Positions 23,051 through 34,699 are shown, counted from the first letter of the stretch. The stretch: DNA of 64,000 nt from Emiliania huxleyi CCMP1516 (GCF_000372725.1 NW_005201287.1:465081-529080), one strand, 5' to 3'. Program-made: numbers and translations. The notes: generated by a model from the sequence alone, not told the origin.

Positions 23051-24789
23051 CTAGGCGGCCGCCCCGAACAGCCCTTTCTCAGCGAGCAGACCCGCCGAGT
23101 TGCCGACGCCCGCGACGCCGACGAACTCGTCCACATCGCCGCCGCAAACAGCGAGCACCATCTCGCCGACGGCGCGCCTGTTCACAGAACAGGAACAGTG
23201 TGAAGAAAGGCGCTCTTCACACTCACAGGAAATCTCGCCACGGGCGCGCTTGACGATCGTGTCGCTCGAGCAGAGCTGCTGAACCAGCAGGGCACCGAGC
23301 GGCGCAGACTCGCCTGCTCACAGTTGTCTATGTGTGCATCCACAACCCCTTGGTGTCGACAGGCACCGAGCGGGCGGTGTCTCGCCGAGAGGTGCGTTCG
23401 GGTCTCGCCCCATCACGCCACCGCCGTCCTCCGCCTCGGGGAAGAGCGCCTGCCGAGATACAGCTAAGATATCGCCGAGAGATCGCCGAGGTACCCGCGT
23501 CGCCTCGGGGAAGAGCGCCTCGCGCATCTCCGCCGCCGCGGCCTTGTCCGCCTCGGCGACCCTCTGCGCCGCGAGCAGCGGCACGAGCAGCCGCCGGTCG
23601 CCTGTTGTGCGGCTGCCACGGGTGAAGACACGCTGCTCACATCCACAGCAGCGGCATAACCGGCCGCCGGTCGCCTGGTCGCTCCGACACTCCGCGAAGC
23701 AGAGGCGGCAGCAAGCTCACGACGGCGCGCCACGGCAAGCAGGTGGCCCCGGCCCCGCCTGGCGCCGCGACGACCAGCTGAAGGGCGGCCAGCTGCGCCT
23801 ATTCTCGACAGCGTGCGCAGTAGTACCGGCAACATCAGACGGCCAGCTGCAGGGCGGGTGAGTCGCGCCTCGCGCAGCGGCGCGTCCTCCCCGGCGGGGG
23901 TGGCGGAGGGGGCGTCAGCTACCGGCTCGACCGCCAGCATGGCCGCAACCTGCTCAGCCGCGGATGCGGCGAGGGCGGCGTCGCCGAGACTCCGCAGGCA
24001 GTTGAAGCCTGTTGGTCATTGAGATGCAGTCAGTACACCAGCCACTTGTATTCTGAAGGGCAGCAGGCAGTTGACGCCGGAGCGGGCGGCGTTCTCGCAC
24101 AAGCAGAGCAGCTGCGTGCGGGCGGCCCGCTCGGCGCCGTGGAGCTCCTTGGCCACCCATCCCACAAGGCGGAGCAGGACGCGGGCGAGGCGAGCGGAGG
24201 CACCCACTGCGCCGCCTTGGTCGGCGGCCGGAGGGAGGAGGGTGAGGCGGAAGGCGATCCGCGACCAGGCGACGAGCTGGCCGAGAGGGACGGCATCCGG
24301 AGTGGAGAGAGCGGCCGCGATGTGCTCCTCGGCGCGCAACTCTGAGCGGAGGGGCAGCGCTGCTCCGACACCGAAGGCATTCCCACGAATCACTAGGATA
24401 TTGTTGAGCAGGATGGACGCCTCGCGGGCGAGATGAGACCAGCCCGACGCGAGGCCGAGCTCAGACAGACCCGCCGCCCGGCCCGCGCTGAGGAGAACCG
24501 ACTCGTCGCAGAAGTCCTCGGTCGCCGTGCCGGTACGCGAGAGCAGGCGCAGCGCCAGGGCGGCGTCGGAAGCCAGTCCGGAAGCCTCGTCTTGCATCAG
24601 CGGGATCAGAGCGCGAACCACGACCTGCACTTGGGTCGCTGGATGCTGGCGACCACCGTCGGTCTGCTGCTGAGCAATGAACGTACTCAGCGCGGCGCCG
24701 ATTCGGGAGAGTTTGTTTTGTCCGATTCGGTCGACCTGCACGATATCCGCAGCTGGTTGCTCGCTCACCGCAGCCAAAAGTGCGTCCAT
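23051..24789 (-). CDS. RIC8: Ric-8/synembryn-like G-alpha GEF/chaperone, multi-exon
   Basis: ALRLLSR, EASILLNNIL, SRIAFRLTL, MREALFP, and a last exon AVGEMVLAVCGGDVDEFVGVAGVGNSAGLLAEKGLF matching the Ric-8 GxGNxAGLLAxxGL signature. Confidence 0.65.
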
Positions 24790-24878
24790 GGACGGGAAAG
24801 GTAGCAGCGCTCGAGCCGCCCTCCGATAGGTCGGCCCTACTCGACTTGTGGCGCCGGAATTCTTTTTCTTTAAAGTGT

Positions 24879-25047
24879 AGCTCTTACGAACGTACCGAAG
24901 GTGAACTGCTGACAGGGTTTGCGCTTTTCGTTAATGCTAGATCTAGCTCGCGCCTGTAAGCACCTGTCGACCTGTGTGGAAACAGAGTTTTCTTACTTTT
25001 CTTTTTGTAAAAGCAGCAGTTCACCCTCGGGTACGTACGTAAGAGCT
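24879..25047. mobile_element. MITE-like element with about 33-bp terminal inverted repeats
   Basis: agctcttacgaacgtaccgaaggtgaactgctg pairs with cagcagttcaccctcgggtacgtacgtaagagct. Confidence 0.7.
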
Positions 25048-25311
25048 TCATCACTGAAAAGTCACCCAGGGGAACCCGAAAGAAATATCGCGCTCGCCTT
25101 TCGGTTCCATCGAGCGGCACGTCACGGCGACTCGATTGCTCCGATGGCGTCTGTCGCCTCCGGGGCAGCTATTATGCCTGGTCTGTGCCTTCCGCCCCGT
25201 GTGAGCTGGTCAGAAAATGCTACAACTTGCCACAACAGCAACGATCAGTGCAAGAACTTCCAATCGCTGGAGATATCGGTAGCGTCGCCGACTGCGTCCT
25301 CGACTGCGTAC

Positions 25312-25383
25312 ATGATGAAGGCGAAGCGCGTGATGGAGATTGGCATGTTCACGGGTTGCGGCGCCCTCACCATCGCCGAGGTC
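25312..25383 (+). pseudogene. Isolated O-methyltransferase (CCoAOMT/Methyltransf_3-type) SAM-motif fragment within a chimeric ORF (25144-25716)
   Basis: MMKAKRVMEIGMFTGCGALTIAE, flanked by unrelated Pro-rich and Cys-rich sequence. Confidence 0.55.
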
Positions 25384-25884
25384 CCTTCGCCAGACTTTGG
25401 ATACACCACCACCACCTTCCCGCCATCATCGCCGCCGCCACCGCTGCCGCCACCGCCACCACTCCCGTCTCCGAGACCCCAATCAGCTCCCCCGTCTCTG
25501 CCTCCGAAGACAGCCATCATCACAGACGGGCAGTGCAAAGTCACAGCATCCGGCCTGTGCCTTGCGGCTCTGCACGGCCCCGAATTCGCTGATTGCCCGC
25601 CCCCATCGATCGGGTACTCGCGCAAAGAGCAACGGTATGTCGCCGTCCAGCCAAAGCGATGCGCGTGCGAGTTCCGCCTACTCGGTGGGGTGAGGTACTG
25701 CAGCCGCTCCGTCTGACGGTGACGCTGACGGTGACGCGGGGAGGACACGTTTTTGCGTGCGAGAGACGCTGCACGCGTGTCCAGTACGTGTAAGTGTCAA
25801 GTACGTGCAAGTGTTCAGTACGTGCAAGTGTCCAATATTGCACAGGCGAATTCCAGAGTTCCTACACATCTATACACGTATAAT

Positions 25885-28494
25885 CTTAGGGGACCCCTAG
25901 GCTTAAAAGGGTGGGCCCTGGGGCGCCTGCGGCTTAAACGGCTTAAAGCGGGCCATGGCCCATTTTAAGGCTGCCTGGGCCGCCGATTCCTTAAACGGTC
26001 TTAAACCCTTAAACGGCGCGGGAGAGCTCCCGAGGTCGATGGTCCGGGAGGCTCCCCCGGTAGACGCCGCGGAGGCCGGGAAGCTGGCTACAGTCAGCTA
26101 GCACGCGTGTCGCGTCCCCTATATGCGAGTATGGCTCCTGCCAGTGCACCAGACTTACAGATGTGTCTTCAGAGGCGGGTTTGTGCCCAATAACGGCAGT
26201 ATTGGAGAAAACGGCAGTAACCCAGCGACGCATGCCGGCGAGGCCGCCCCCTGTGGGTGGGCCGAGCGGCGTCGGCCATCGCCGAAGCTCGAGGGTGGCT
26301 CCCCAGTGTGCGAGGGACAGAACTCAGGCGAGACGATGGTAAGACAAAACCCCGACAAAGCGAGTATCCGCTCCGCGGCGCAACCCCTCTCGGGAGGCTC
26401 GGATGGCTCGTGGAGGCTCGGTATGGCTCGGTATGGCTCGCCTCGGTATGGCTCGGGCTCGGGGTGGGTGGGATAGCTCGGGATGGTTTGCGTTGAGGGG
26501 CTCCCCTTCCGCGGGGGGGGGGGCTCACAGATGGTTTCAATGCAGTAAAAGGCGCTATGGTCAGCTCTGCGCGCCAAACGTACAAAGGTCCAAGTAACGG
26601 ACTGACGAGAACAAGGTTACCTACGGTACATCGTCATCGCGCGGCAGGCATGCACGCGTGTACAGCCGCGTAGACCAAATCCCACGCGCGACGTAATCTA
26701 ACCCTCACGCCAGCTTAAGAATCGATCTCTCTAACCCTCCCTCACGCAAGCCCTGCTCGGAGCTCCTCGAGCTCCTCTTGCGCGCGCGCGAGATCAGCCG
26801 CCAAGCGACTGCGGGTGGCGTCATGCGCCGCGCACTCCTCTCTGAGCAGCGCAGCGAGCAGGGCGACTTCTCCATCCGGCTGGGCGCGGGCATTCTCGGG
26901 TCGCTCGGGCACCTGCTGGGCGTGATCGAGCATGGAGGCGCTCCGGTCGGGCGCGCTGCATTTGTGCGCTTCTTCCGAGTGCGTCGAAGCCTCGCCGCGT
27001 GCCTCGGTAAGTGTCGGATCCTCGCTCTCGAGCTCACTCACGTGCGCGAGTCGCTGCACCGCCTCGCCGAGCCGGCTCTGATCGGAACGGCCAGAAGACC
27101 GCGGTCCCTCCCGCCAGAGTATGGCAGGGAAGAGCGACGTGTGGTCGAGGGAGCACGAGCGGCCGTCGCCAGGAAGGTTGTACATGCGCTCCTCGGCAGA
27201 GCGCGTAAGCAGGTCCGTGAAGCCGCCCACCGCGGAGTCGAGGGACCGGGCAGGTGGATCGTGCAAGTCGTCGTCGAGCGAGCGGCAGCAGATATTCGTG
27301 GGTGTGGAACCGAGCGTACCCTCGGTCACGTAGAGCACGCGGCCGCCGGGGCAGCGCACCAGCTCCGCCGTCACGTGCTGCAGGAAGGGCACTTGGCGCT
27401 TGGTGTAGTTGACAATCTGCATGGTCGCACTCCCAGTGGACAGGAGCTCCTGGGTGAATCGCGACGCCAGCCGGCGATCGGACCCTGGGCCCTGCAGGAT
27501 CTTTGGCGGCGCGCCGATGCACTCGCGCCCCCATCCGCAGTGATTGAGCCACGCACTGTTGGCTGCAACGATCCCGAATGGCGGCTCGGAGTCAACCACA
27601 ATCGTGAGGCACGGCGAGCGTCCGACGCGGAGGTGCAGCGAATCGGGCGCGATCTTGCGCGTTGGCGAGTGCCAGATCGACCCGTGCGCGTCGGTGCTCG
27701 ACGCGGCCGCTTTCGCCGCGGCCCAGGCGTCGACTGCGGCTTGCATGATGAAGAACAGAGCCGAAGAACAGAGCCGATGAGAAGATGGTCGACAGAGCGC
27801 TCTGCGTGACGTGTTCCTTGTTACCTCGGGCGGTCCCCTACCAAACCAACCACACGTGTCCCTCGCTTGCGCGCGGGCGCGTCAACTGATTTTCATTGAC
27901 CGACGCCTGTCGCGACTCGCGAGCACCCTTAGACAGAGGGAGGGGACACCTGAGCGCGTGTTTGCGTCCTCCGAGGGCGGCGATTAATTAGGAAAGCGCA
28001 CTGCAAACAGCTTTACCCGAGTGGTCCAAGAATACAGCTACCAAACAGCTTTACGTACGGGACAACCAACAAGAAAAGAACGGCGTGAACATAACTGGTA
28101 CTGGTGTGAGACTGTAGGAATTCGATCGCGCCGTCCCTCCGTCGGCCGCGCTCCGCGCCGCCCGCCGCGTGCTCGTCGTGCCGCGCCTGCAGGTCGGTGA
28201 GCAGCGCCGTCGTGTGCTCGTGCGACTGCGTGAGCGTCGCCAGCTGGGCCGCCGCGTGCTCGTACGCGCGCGCCATGACGGACGATTTTCTTAAACGGTC
28301 TTAAAAGAGCTAAGAGGGACCCCCCGTGCCTGCAATCTCTTAAATGGCAATTTAAGCCCCCAAACCTCCTCATTTCTTAAAAGCTCTTAAAAAATCCAAG
28401 AGAGGGGTCGGGGGGCGGGAGAATCCAAAAAAGCCGTCCAAAAAGCCACAAAAAGCCAGAAATCCGGCCCTCAGAACCCTTGGGATCCCCTAAG
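25885..28494. mobile_element. 2.6-kb non-autonomous hAT-type element carrying a cargo gene
   Basis: TSD cgtataat at 25877-25884 and 28495-28502; TIRs cttaggggacccctagg and ccttgggatcccctaag (15/17); TTAA-rich subterminal repeats at both ends. Confidence 0.85.
26742..27746 (-). CDS. PAS (LOV-like) domain protein with C-terminal coiled coil, inside the hAT-type element
   Basis: PPFGIVAANSAWLNHCGW...KILQGPGSD...IVNYTKRQVPF; intronless 334-aa ORF. Confidence 0.75.
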   Translation of the reverse strand: MQAAVDAWAAAKAAASSTDAHGSIWHSPTRKIAPDSLHLRVGRSPCLTIVVDSEPPFGIVAANSAWLNHCGWGRECIGAPPKILQGPGSDRRLASRFTQELLSTGSATMQIVNYTKRQVPFLQHVTAELVRCPGGRVLYVTEGTLGSTPTNICCRSLDDDLHDPPARSLDSAVGGFTDLLTRSAEERMYNLPGDGRSCSLDHTSLFPAILWREGPRSSGRSDQSRLGEAVQRLAHVSELESEDPTLTEARGEASTHSEEAHKCSAPDRSASMLDHAQQVPERPENARAQPDGEVALLAALLREECAAHDATRSRLAADLARAQEELEELRAGLA

Positions 28495-28624
28495 CGTATA
28501 ATACGCACAAATAGCACGTCTCTATAGAGCCGTACACGGCTTTCCTTGTCAATCCGCGTTTTTGGTAAGGGCTAGTTCCATTTCACTGTGGCACAGCGCG
28601 CGTTACTGTTGTGGCCTAAAGTCT

Positions 28625-29141
28625 GGGCAGGTTGTGAGGATCACGATGCCGGCGTGAACACGACTAACTGACGGATCCGCTCCTGACAGTCGCACGCGCC
28701 GCGCTGCGGCGCGTGCGACTGTCTTTGTTTGAAGTTAAAAGTCGAATCAGAGCGCCGTCGGCGCTGATCCTCGTTTTCCTCCCACGGACCGCCCGTCCGG
28801 GACCGCTCCGGGACGCACGCCGGCGAAGCACCATCAAGCTGCTGTACGGCCCCGGAATCGCCTTCCCAGGCTTAGCTAGACTGAGAGATATTGTGGACAT
28901 GATTGGTCTCTAGAAATATACACTGACACTGAACCTCCAAGAGCTCGTCCCGGTCCGTCACGGCCATCCTCGGCCTCCGGAGGGCCCCCGGCCGCGGCGC
29001 GGCGCGGCGGAGTCACAAATCCGACGGCAGAGCACCGGGACGCGGTCGGGCGATCTGAGGCCCAACTAGGCGAATGCACATTGCCCATCCAGGGCTATCA
29101 CCTGGACTTATCAACAGGCGCCTGCGGCGCCGTACTCAGGA
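28625..29141 (+). repeat. Dispersed repeat family C (about 520 bp), copy 1
   Basis: Matches 41495-41699 plus 42547-42870 (+) and 56634-57200 (-). Confidence 0.92.
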
Positions 29142-29223
29142 GCTGCTGCTCCTGCTGCTCCAACCTGTTCACACTTTCGTACGAGTACATGTTACAAAAC
29201 CTTGATTTGACCATTTGCGCCAG

Positions 29224-29358
29224 TTGGTACCTCTCGGTGCCTTCCAGAGGCAGCTGCGACCCCGCCGAGTGGACGGGCGCACACGGCAGGTGGCGCGGTG
29301 TGCGCCCGTCTACTCGGCGGGATCGCAGCTGCCTCTGCGCGTCCTGGAGATGTACCAA
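29224..29358. other. Long fold-back hairpin (40-bp core stem, 13-nt loop)
   Basis: 29245-29284 pairs with 29298-29337 at 38/40; an outer 12-bp stem 29224-29235 pairs with 29347-29358. Confidence 0.85.
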
Positions 29359-30289
29359 ATCGTCGCCGCCGGAGACGACTCGACGCCGCTGAGATCGGAG
29401 ATCAAGCTCTGACAGGTCGCACGTCGCTCCTTTGACGCCGACGTGACTCACCCGTGCAGATCACATCAGGACACGGTCTCGACACGCTCGGTACGACGCC
29501 TGCGACCCGTCTTGGGTCAGGTGGCACGACGCTCATCGCGCCTGCCAGCGCTGCCGTGCAGGTTGCCACGACGAGGTCGAGCACGCTTCTATACGCTCGC
29601 CCAGCCTTCCTTTCCATCCCATTAGGCAGCCTGGGAACGGTGGCGGTCAGAGGCAAAGCCTGCGAGGGGTGGTGGAACCACATGTCACGGCTACCGCCGG
29701 CTCGACCCCACGATAGCCTCCGGAGGCTGACTTTGAGGCACAATCATCGGACGACGTCGGCGAGTTGAGTCGCGCTCGCGGTAGCCAGATGACCTCTCAT
29801 ACTAGTATCATCGGCCATGGCCGCAGGAAGCGCGGGGGATTCCGCTGGGAGCAACACGGAGCTCCGTTGGACGCGTTTTCAAGATTAGCGTGTCAGAGTG
29901 AATTGGAACTAGCCAAGAAGATCGCAATGTTCCCATCTGGTGCTCTCTTTTCTGACATTTTTAAAGCCGTAACTCATAACGCCAAGGTGCGTGTCCTTCA
30001 CCTCGCCGCGTGTCGTACACACGTGCGCGCACACACCGTGTGTCGTTCCTCTTGGATGCGTCGCTTGATGACTTGGGGGACTCGGCCCTTGCGACTGGTC
30101 CGCCTCCCCGCCCTCCACCCCCCGCCCCTCTCACTCTCCGCCATCGCCAAGCGTCTACCCCGATGCCAACCCCCCCCCTTCTATCCGTTCTGAAGGCTTG
30201 ATTGACGGTCTGATGCGACCGACGGCTGGTCGGTCGAGTGCGCTGTCTCGGCAGCGCCGCAGTCCGCTCGAGCTCGGGCGAGAGATCCC

Positions 30290-33200
30290 CCCGAGATCGC
30301 GCGAGATCACGACTGGCTCAGCAGCGCCGCCGTCCGTTCGAGCAGAGCGCCCGGCAGCTTGACAGCGCGCGGCGTGCAAGCGCGGCGGCGGTCGAGGTAG
30401 CCCGAGAGCGCGCGGAGGAGCGTCGCCTGATGAGACACGCCCAGGACGTGTCACGGCCGTGTCCGTGCCGCGATGCAACGGGCGCGTCGCGCCGCAAGCG
30501 TGAGAGACATGCCCAAACCTCGGCTCCTCTCGGCTCCTCTCGGCTCCTCTCGGCTCCTCTCGGCTCCTCTCGGCCCCTTTCGGCTCCTCTCTGCGCATCT
30601 CTGCGCATCTCTGCGCATCTCTGCGCATCTCTGCGCATCTCGGCGCATCTCGGCTGCCTCTCGCCTGCGCCGGCTTGAGCGGGGCGCCGGGCGGGGCGCG
30701 GCTTGCCTCGCGCACCTCGGAGGCGAGCAAGTCCCACATCGACCTACTCCGGAAGGGGGAGGGGCTCAGCAAGGAGCACGCCCCTCCGACGCGAGCGAGC
30801 TGTCGCGTCGACCTCGTCAGCGAGTCGATGGCGACGGCGCCGGCGAGGCGAACCTCCGCCGCCAACTCTCCCCAGTCGGCGCGCACGACGGCGAGTGCAG
30901 CCGCGAGCTGCTCCCTGGGCTGCCAGCGCCAGCAGATCGAGGCCGAGTCCTCGACGGTGAGCGAGGCGTGCACCCACCCGCTCGGAAGCAGGAGCGTCTG
31001 CCCGCCCCGCGCCATCACAACCTGAGCGCCGGCGAGCCGACGGGGGAAGTCCGCCCCACCGCCTCCGCCGCCGCCCGCCTCGTGGCCGCTCTGCTGCAGG
31101 AGCCGCAGGTTGGACGGCGTCGGCGGGGCCACCACGAAGAGCTGCGCGCCCCACAAAAGGTGGTGGATCGCCGCGCTGCCCCAGGGAGAGAGGCGGTAGC
31201 GCGCCGCGGACGCGCCGCCCATCGAGAGGGTGAGGACGGGGAGGGGCGACGGCCACCAGTCGGGCGTGAGGCTGGAGGAGGCGAGCTGCGGCGGCATGTC
31301 GGCGAGGGGGATGCCGGAGAAGCCGCCGAGGGAGAGCGAGGAGGCGCCCCCGACGTAGTCCTCGCCGCTCACAGCGTGCTCGCAGTGCAGCAGCGCCTCC
31401 CGCTGCGCGGGCGGCGTGCCAAACTGCTGCAGCAGCCACGGCACGCCCACGACCTCGACGCCGCCGCCGGCGCGCAAGTCCGAGGCTGCAACCAGCGTGG
31501 TCCGCTTGAGCTGGCGCTTCGTCTCGCCGACGACGTCGCCGAAGCCACCCCAGGGCGGCGGCGACACGCCCAGCCCGCACCCCGCACCCGCCTCCGCGTC
31601 GCCCTTGACGAGGAGAGCTCCCTCCTCCGCGCCTTGCTCCGCCCGGCGCAGCGCGTCTCGCGGCTCGAGCGGACACGCGGAGAGCGAGAGTGACTCTGGA
31701 AGCGCGGGCAGCGCGCCGCCCGAGCGGAGCAGCACCAGCCGGCAGAGGGCCTCGGCAGGGAGGGAGTCGAGGCCGTCGGCACCAGCCTCGCGCACGCACG
31801 CCGCCACGTCCTCGGCGCGCACGAGCGACGGCACGGCGGCGAGCAGCCGCCGCCGCACCTCCCCCTCCTCCTCCGCCGTGGCGGCGGGGGGGGGCGCCGC
31901 CCTCGCCGCCTCCCACGCGCCTGTGGGGGCATGTCTCGGACGCGTCGTGGACGTGTCGTGGACGTGTGCGCCGACCCCCTCGTGCACGTACCAGGCGCCG
32001 CATTTGGGCCATCTCCCCGCTATCTCTCCGCCATCTCTCGGCCATCTCTCGGCCATCTCCCCGCCATCTCCCCGCCATCTCTCGGCCATCTCGCCGCCAT
32101 CTCCCCGCCATCTCTCGGCCATCTCTCGGCTATCTCCCCGCCATCTCTCGGCCATCTCCCCGCCATCTCCCCGCCATCTCTCGGCCATCTCTCGGCTATC
32201 TCCCCGCCATCTCTCGGCCATCTCTCGGCCATCTCTCGGCCATCTCTCGGCCATCTCTCGGCCATCTCTCGGCTATCTCTCGCCGTCGAGGGGTGCGGCT
32301 CCCTCCTCCTCGCCGTCATCCGTCCCGGGCAGGCAGACAGGCTCCGGCGAGCCGGACGAGGCACCGTCGGCAGCGGTGTCGTCGGCGGCGACGTCGGCGC
32401 GCGCTCGCTTGGCGGCATGTGGCCGGAGGCCTCCCTTGGCCTTGAGGACGCACGCATGGCGAAGCCGGCCCGGCCCTCCGAACTTTGGCTTGTCGAGGCA
32501 GTGGAGGCACTCGCCGCAGTCCTCGGGCGGGGGCGGCGCCGACGGGTCCCCGGCCGACCCGCCCTTCTTGCGCCGCTTCCGCCCCGCCCCGCTCCGGCGC
32601 GGCTTGGACGCCGCCGCCGCCGCCGCCGCCGCCGACGCCGCCGCCGCCGCCGCCGCCCCCGCCGACGCCGCCTCCGCCGTCGCCTGCTCGTCCTCGCCCT
32701 CCGCCTCCTCCGCCTCCTCCTCCGCCTCGCCCGCCCCGTTCCCCTCCTCGTCGTCGTCGCTCTCGTCGGCGGCGGCGTCGGCGCCACCGCCCTCCAGATA
32801 GCGCGCGTACACCAGCGCCGCCTCAACCTTGGTCGAGAAGGTTCCAAGCGCCTTCTTCTTGACCTCGACTCGGTACGTCGTCTGCCGCCGCTTGCCAACC
32901 ACCTGCGCCACCCGCGCGCAAGGGTCAGGCAAGGTTCAGGCAAGGGGCAGGGGAAGGGGCAGAGGGAAGGCTTCAGGGGCAGAGGGAGGGAGGAAAGGAA
33001 GAGGGAGGGGACAGCTCGCGACAGTTCAAAGCAAGCTCAGGGACGGTTCAGGGAAGGGGCGGCCCGACACCCGTGTGCCACACCTGCCGCACGCACGCGT
33101 ACCCAGTGTTCGACTTTGTCGAGCGGTGGAGACGGACGCCGTGGAGTGAGGCGAGGAGCGGGTCTCCGTCTGGACCGACCCGCGGGCCAGGGTCCCCCTC

Positions 33201-34379
33201 GCCAGCCAGCTCGCCCTGGCCGTAGTACGGGTCCTCCTCGCCGCACCCCCGCCCGGAGGCATGCGGCGGAGGCGGCGGGCGCTCTGCGGCCCTCTCCGCC
33301 GCCGCGGCGCCGTCACGAACCTGAGTCGCGAGCTGCTGCAGCGACGCCGTCTCCGTCACGCCCTCCCGCTCCACCGCGGCTCGGCAGCGAGTATAGGCGG
33401 CCGCTGCCAGCCGCGCCGAGTGGAACTGCCCGAGGCCGACCTGAGTCTTTCCGTTCCAGACCATCGAGATGAAGCCGGTCTTGTTGGCGTAGACGCCCGC
33501 ATACCCCGACTTGGCCCTCGTCGAAGTGATCAGCTCATACCCTCGCCAGTGCTCCACGCCACTGCCCTGCTCGCCCTCCTCCTCTGCCACTCCTCCGCCA
33601 CCACTGCCGCCGCCGCCGCCGCCGCCTCCGCTTCCGCCGCCGCCGCCGCCGCCGCGGCGGCCACGGTTGGCGGCGGGCAGGGCGGCGGCGGCGGCGGCTG
33701 CGGCGGCTGCGGAGGCGGAGGCGGAGGCGGAGGCGGAGGCGGAGGCGGAGGCGGAGGCGGCGGCTGTGGCAGGTGGCGCACTGGGTGCGGCGGGCGCCTT
33801 TGGCGCCGGCGGAGCCTCGCGAGGCACGTCCTGCAGCCGACGGTATACGGAGCCGTCTGGCGCATGGTACGTGTTGTGCCGGTGCGGCCCGAGCTCGATG
33901 CGCCAGCCGGCCGCGGCGGCGCCCTCCCACAGGCGCTGGTCGATGTTGGTCGCCGCGGGCCCAGAGTCGTACGTCCCGCCCCACCGCGGCCGCTCGCGGT
34001 GCCGCGCGTCCCTCGAGTGCCGCTCGCCGCCCCTCCCGGCATCGCCACCCCTCCCGCCGGCAAAGGCGCCATGAGCGCTGCCGCTCCCCGACCGCCGCGC
34101 GCTGGCCGTGGCGGCGGCGGCAAGGGCCGCGAGCTCGCGCTGCACCGCGGCCATCGCGATGCCCACCACATCTGCTGTCGCCCCTCCCAGCTCGACCGCC
34201 TCTGGGCTCGAGGCGGGCAGCACGCCGCCGCCGGCGTCCGGTGCGGGCGCCTGCGGTGCTGCTACGTCGCCTTCTTCGACCAAAGGAGCCGGCGCGGCGA
34301 TCGTTGCGCCGTCGGGCAAGCCGCTCTCGCCCGACGAGGGCGGCGGCTGAGGCGGAGCCGATGCACCCTGGGGCTCCAT
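30290..34379 (-). CDS. Multidomain chromatin protein: MBD-like, two AP2-like repeats, CXXC zinc finger and degenerate JmjC (KDM2/PHF8-type); multi-exon, 3' end approximate
   Basis: GWRIE...YHAPDGSVYRRLQDV; SGYAGVY...GLGQFHSARLAAAAY; NTGYACV...LGTFSTKVEAALVYARY; DCGECLHCLDKPKFGGPGRLRHAC; HHLLWGAQLFVVAPPTPSNL and GQTLLLPSGWVHASLTVEDS. Confidence 0.75.
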
Positions 34380-34419
34380 CTATGCGGCCTGCCAATAGAA
34401 ATAAGAAGCGGCCCCCGCG

Positions 34420-34663
34420 AGCGTGGAATAGGACCGCCGCAAGCGGCGTGGCGTGGAGCGGTTGAGCATCCCTCCGGGGGCCCCTCTGCGCCGGGGAGGC
34501 GTTGTTGGCAGTTGTTGGCGGCTAGGACGCAAGCGTCCGTCGCCGTTTTCAAACTCGGGGCCCACTCCGCTACGCTCCGACCCGAATTTGGAGGGCCATG
34601 AAGTTTAAGGTGTTGCTGCGCAAAAGGGGCGGGGCGCGGGCGCGCGCGGCGGCAGGCGTCGAG
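34420..34663 (+). repeat. Repeat family A, copy 3 (uninterrupted)
   Basis: Near-identical to 2886-2912 joined to 3291-3494. Confidence 0.9.
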
Positions 34664-34699
34664 CGCGGAGCGGCAAACACAATGACGTCGGAAAGCTCT

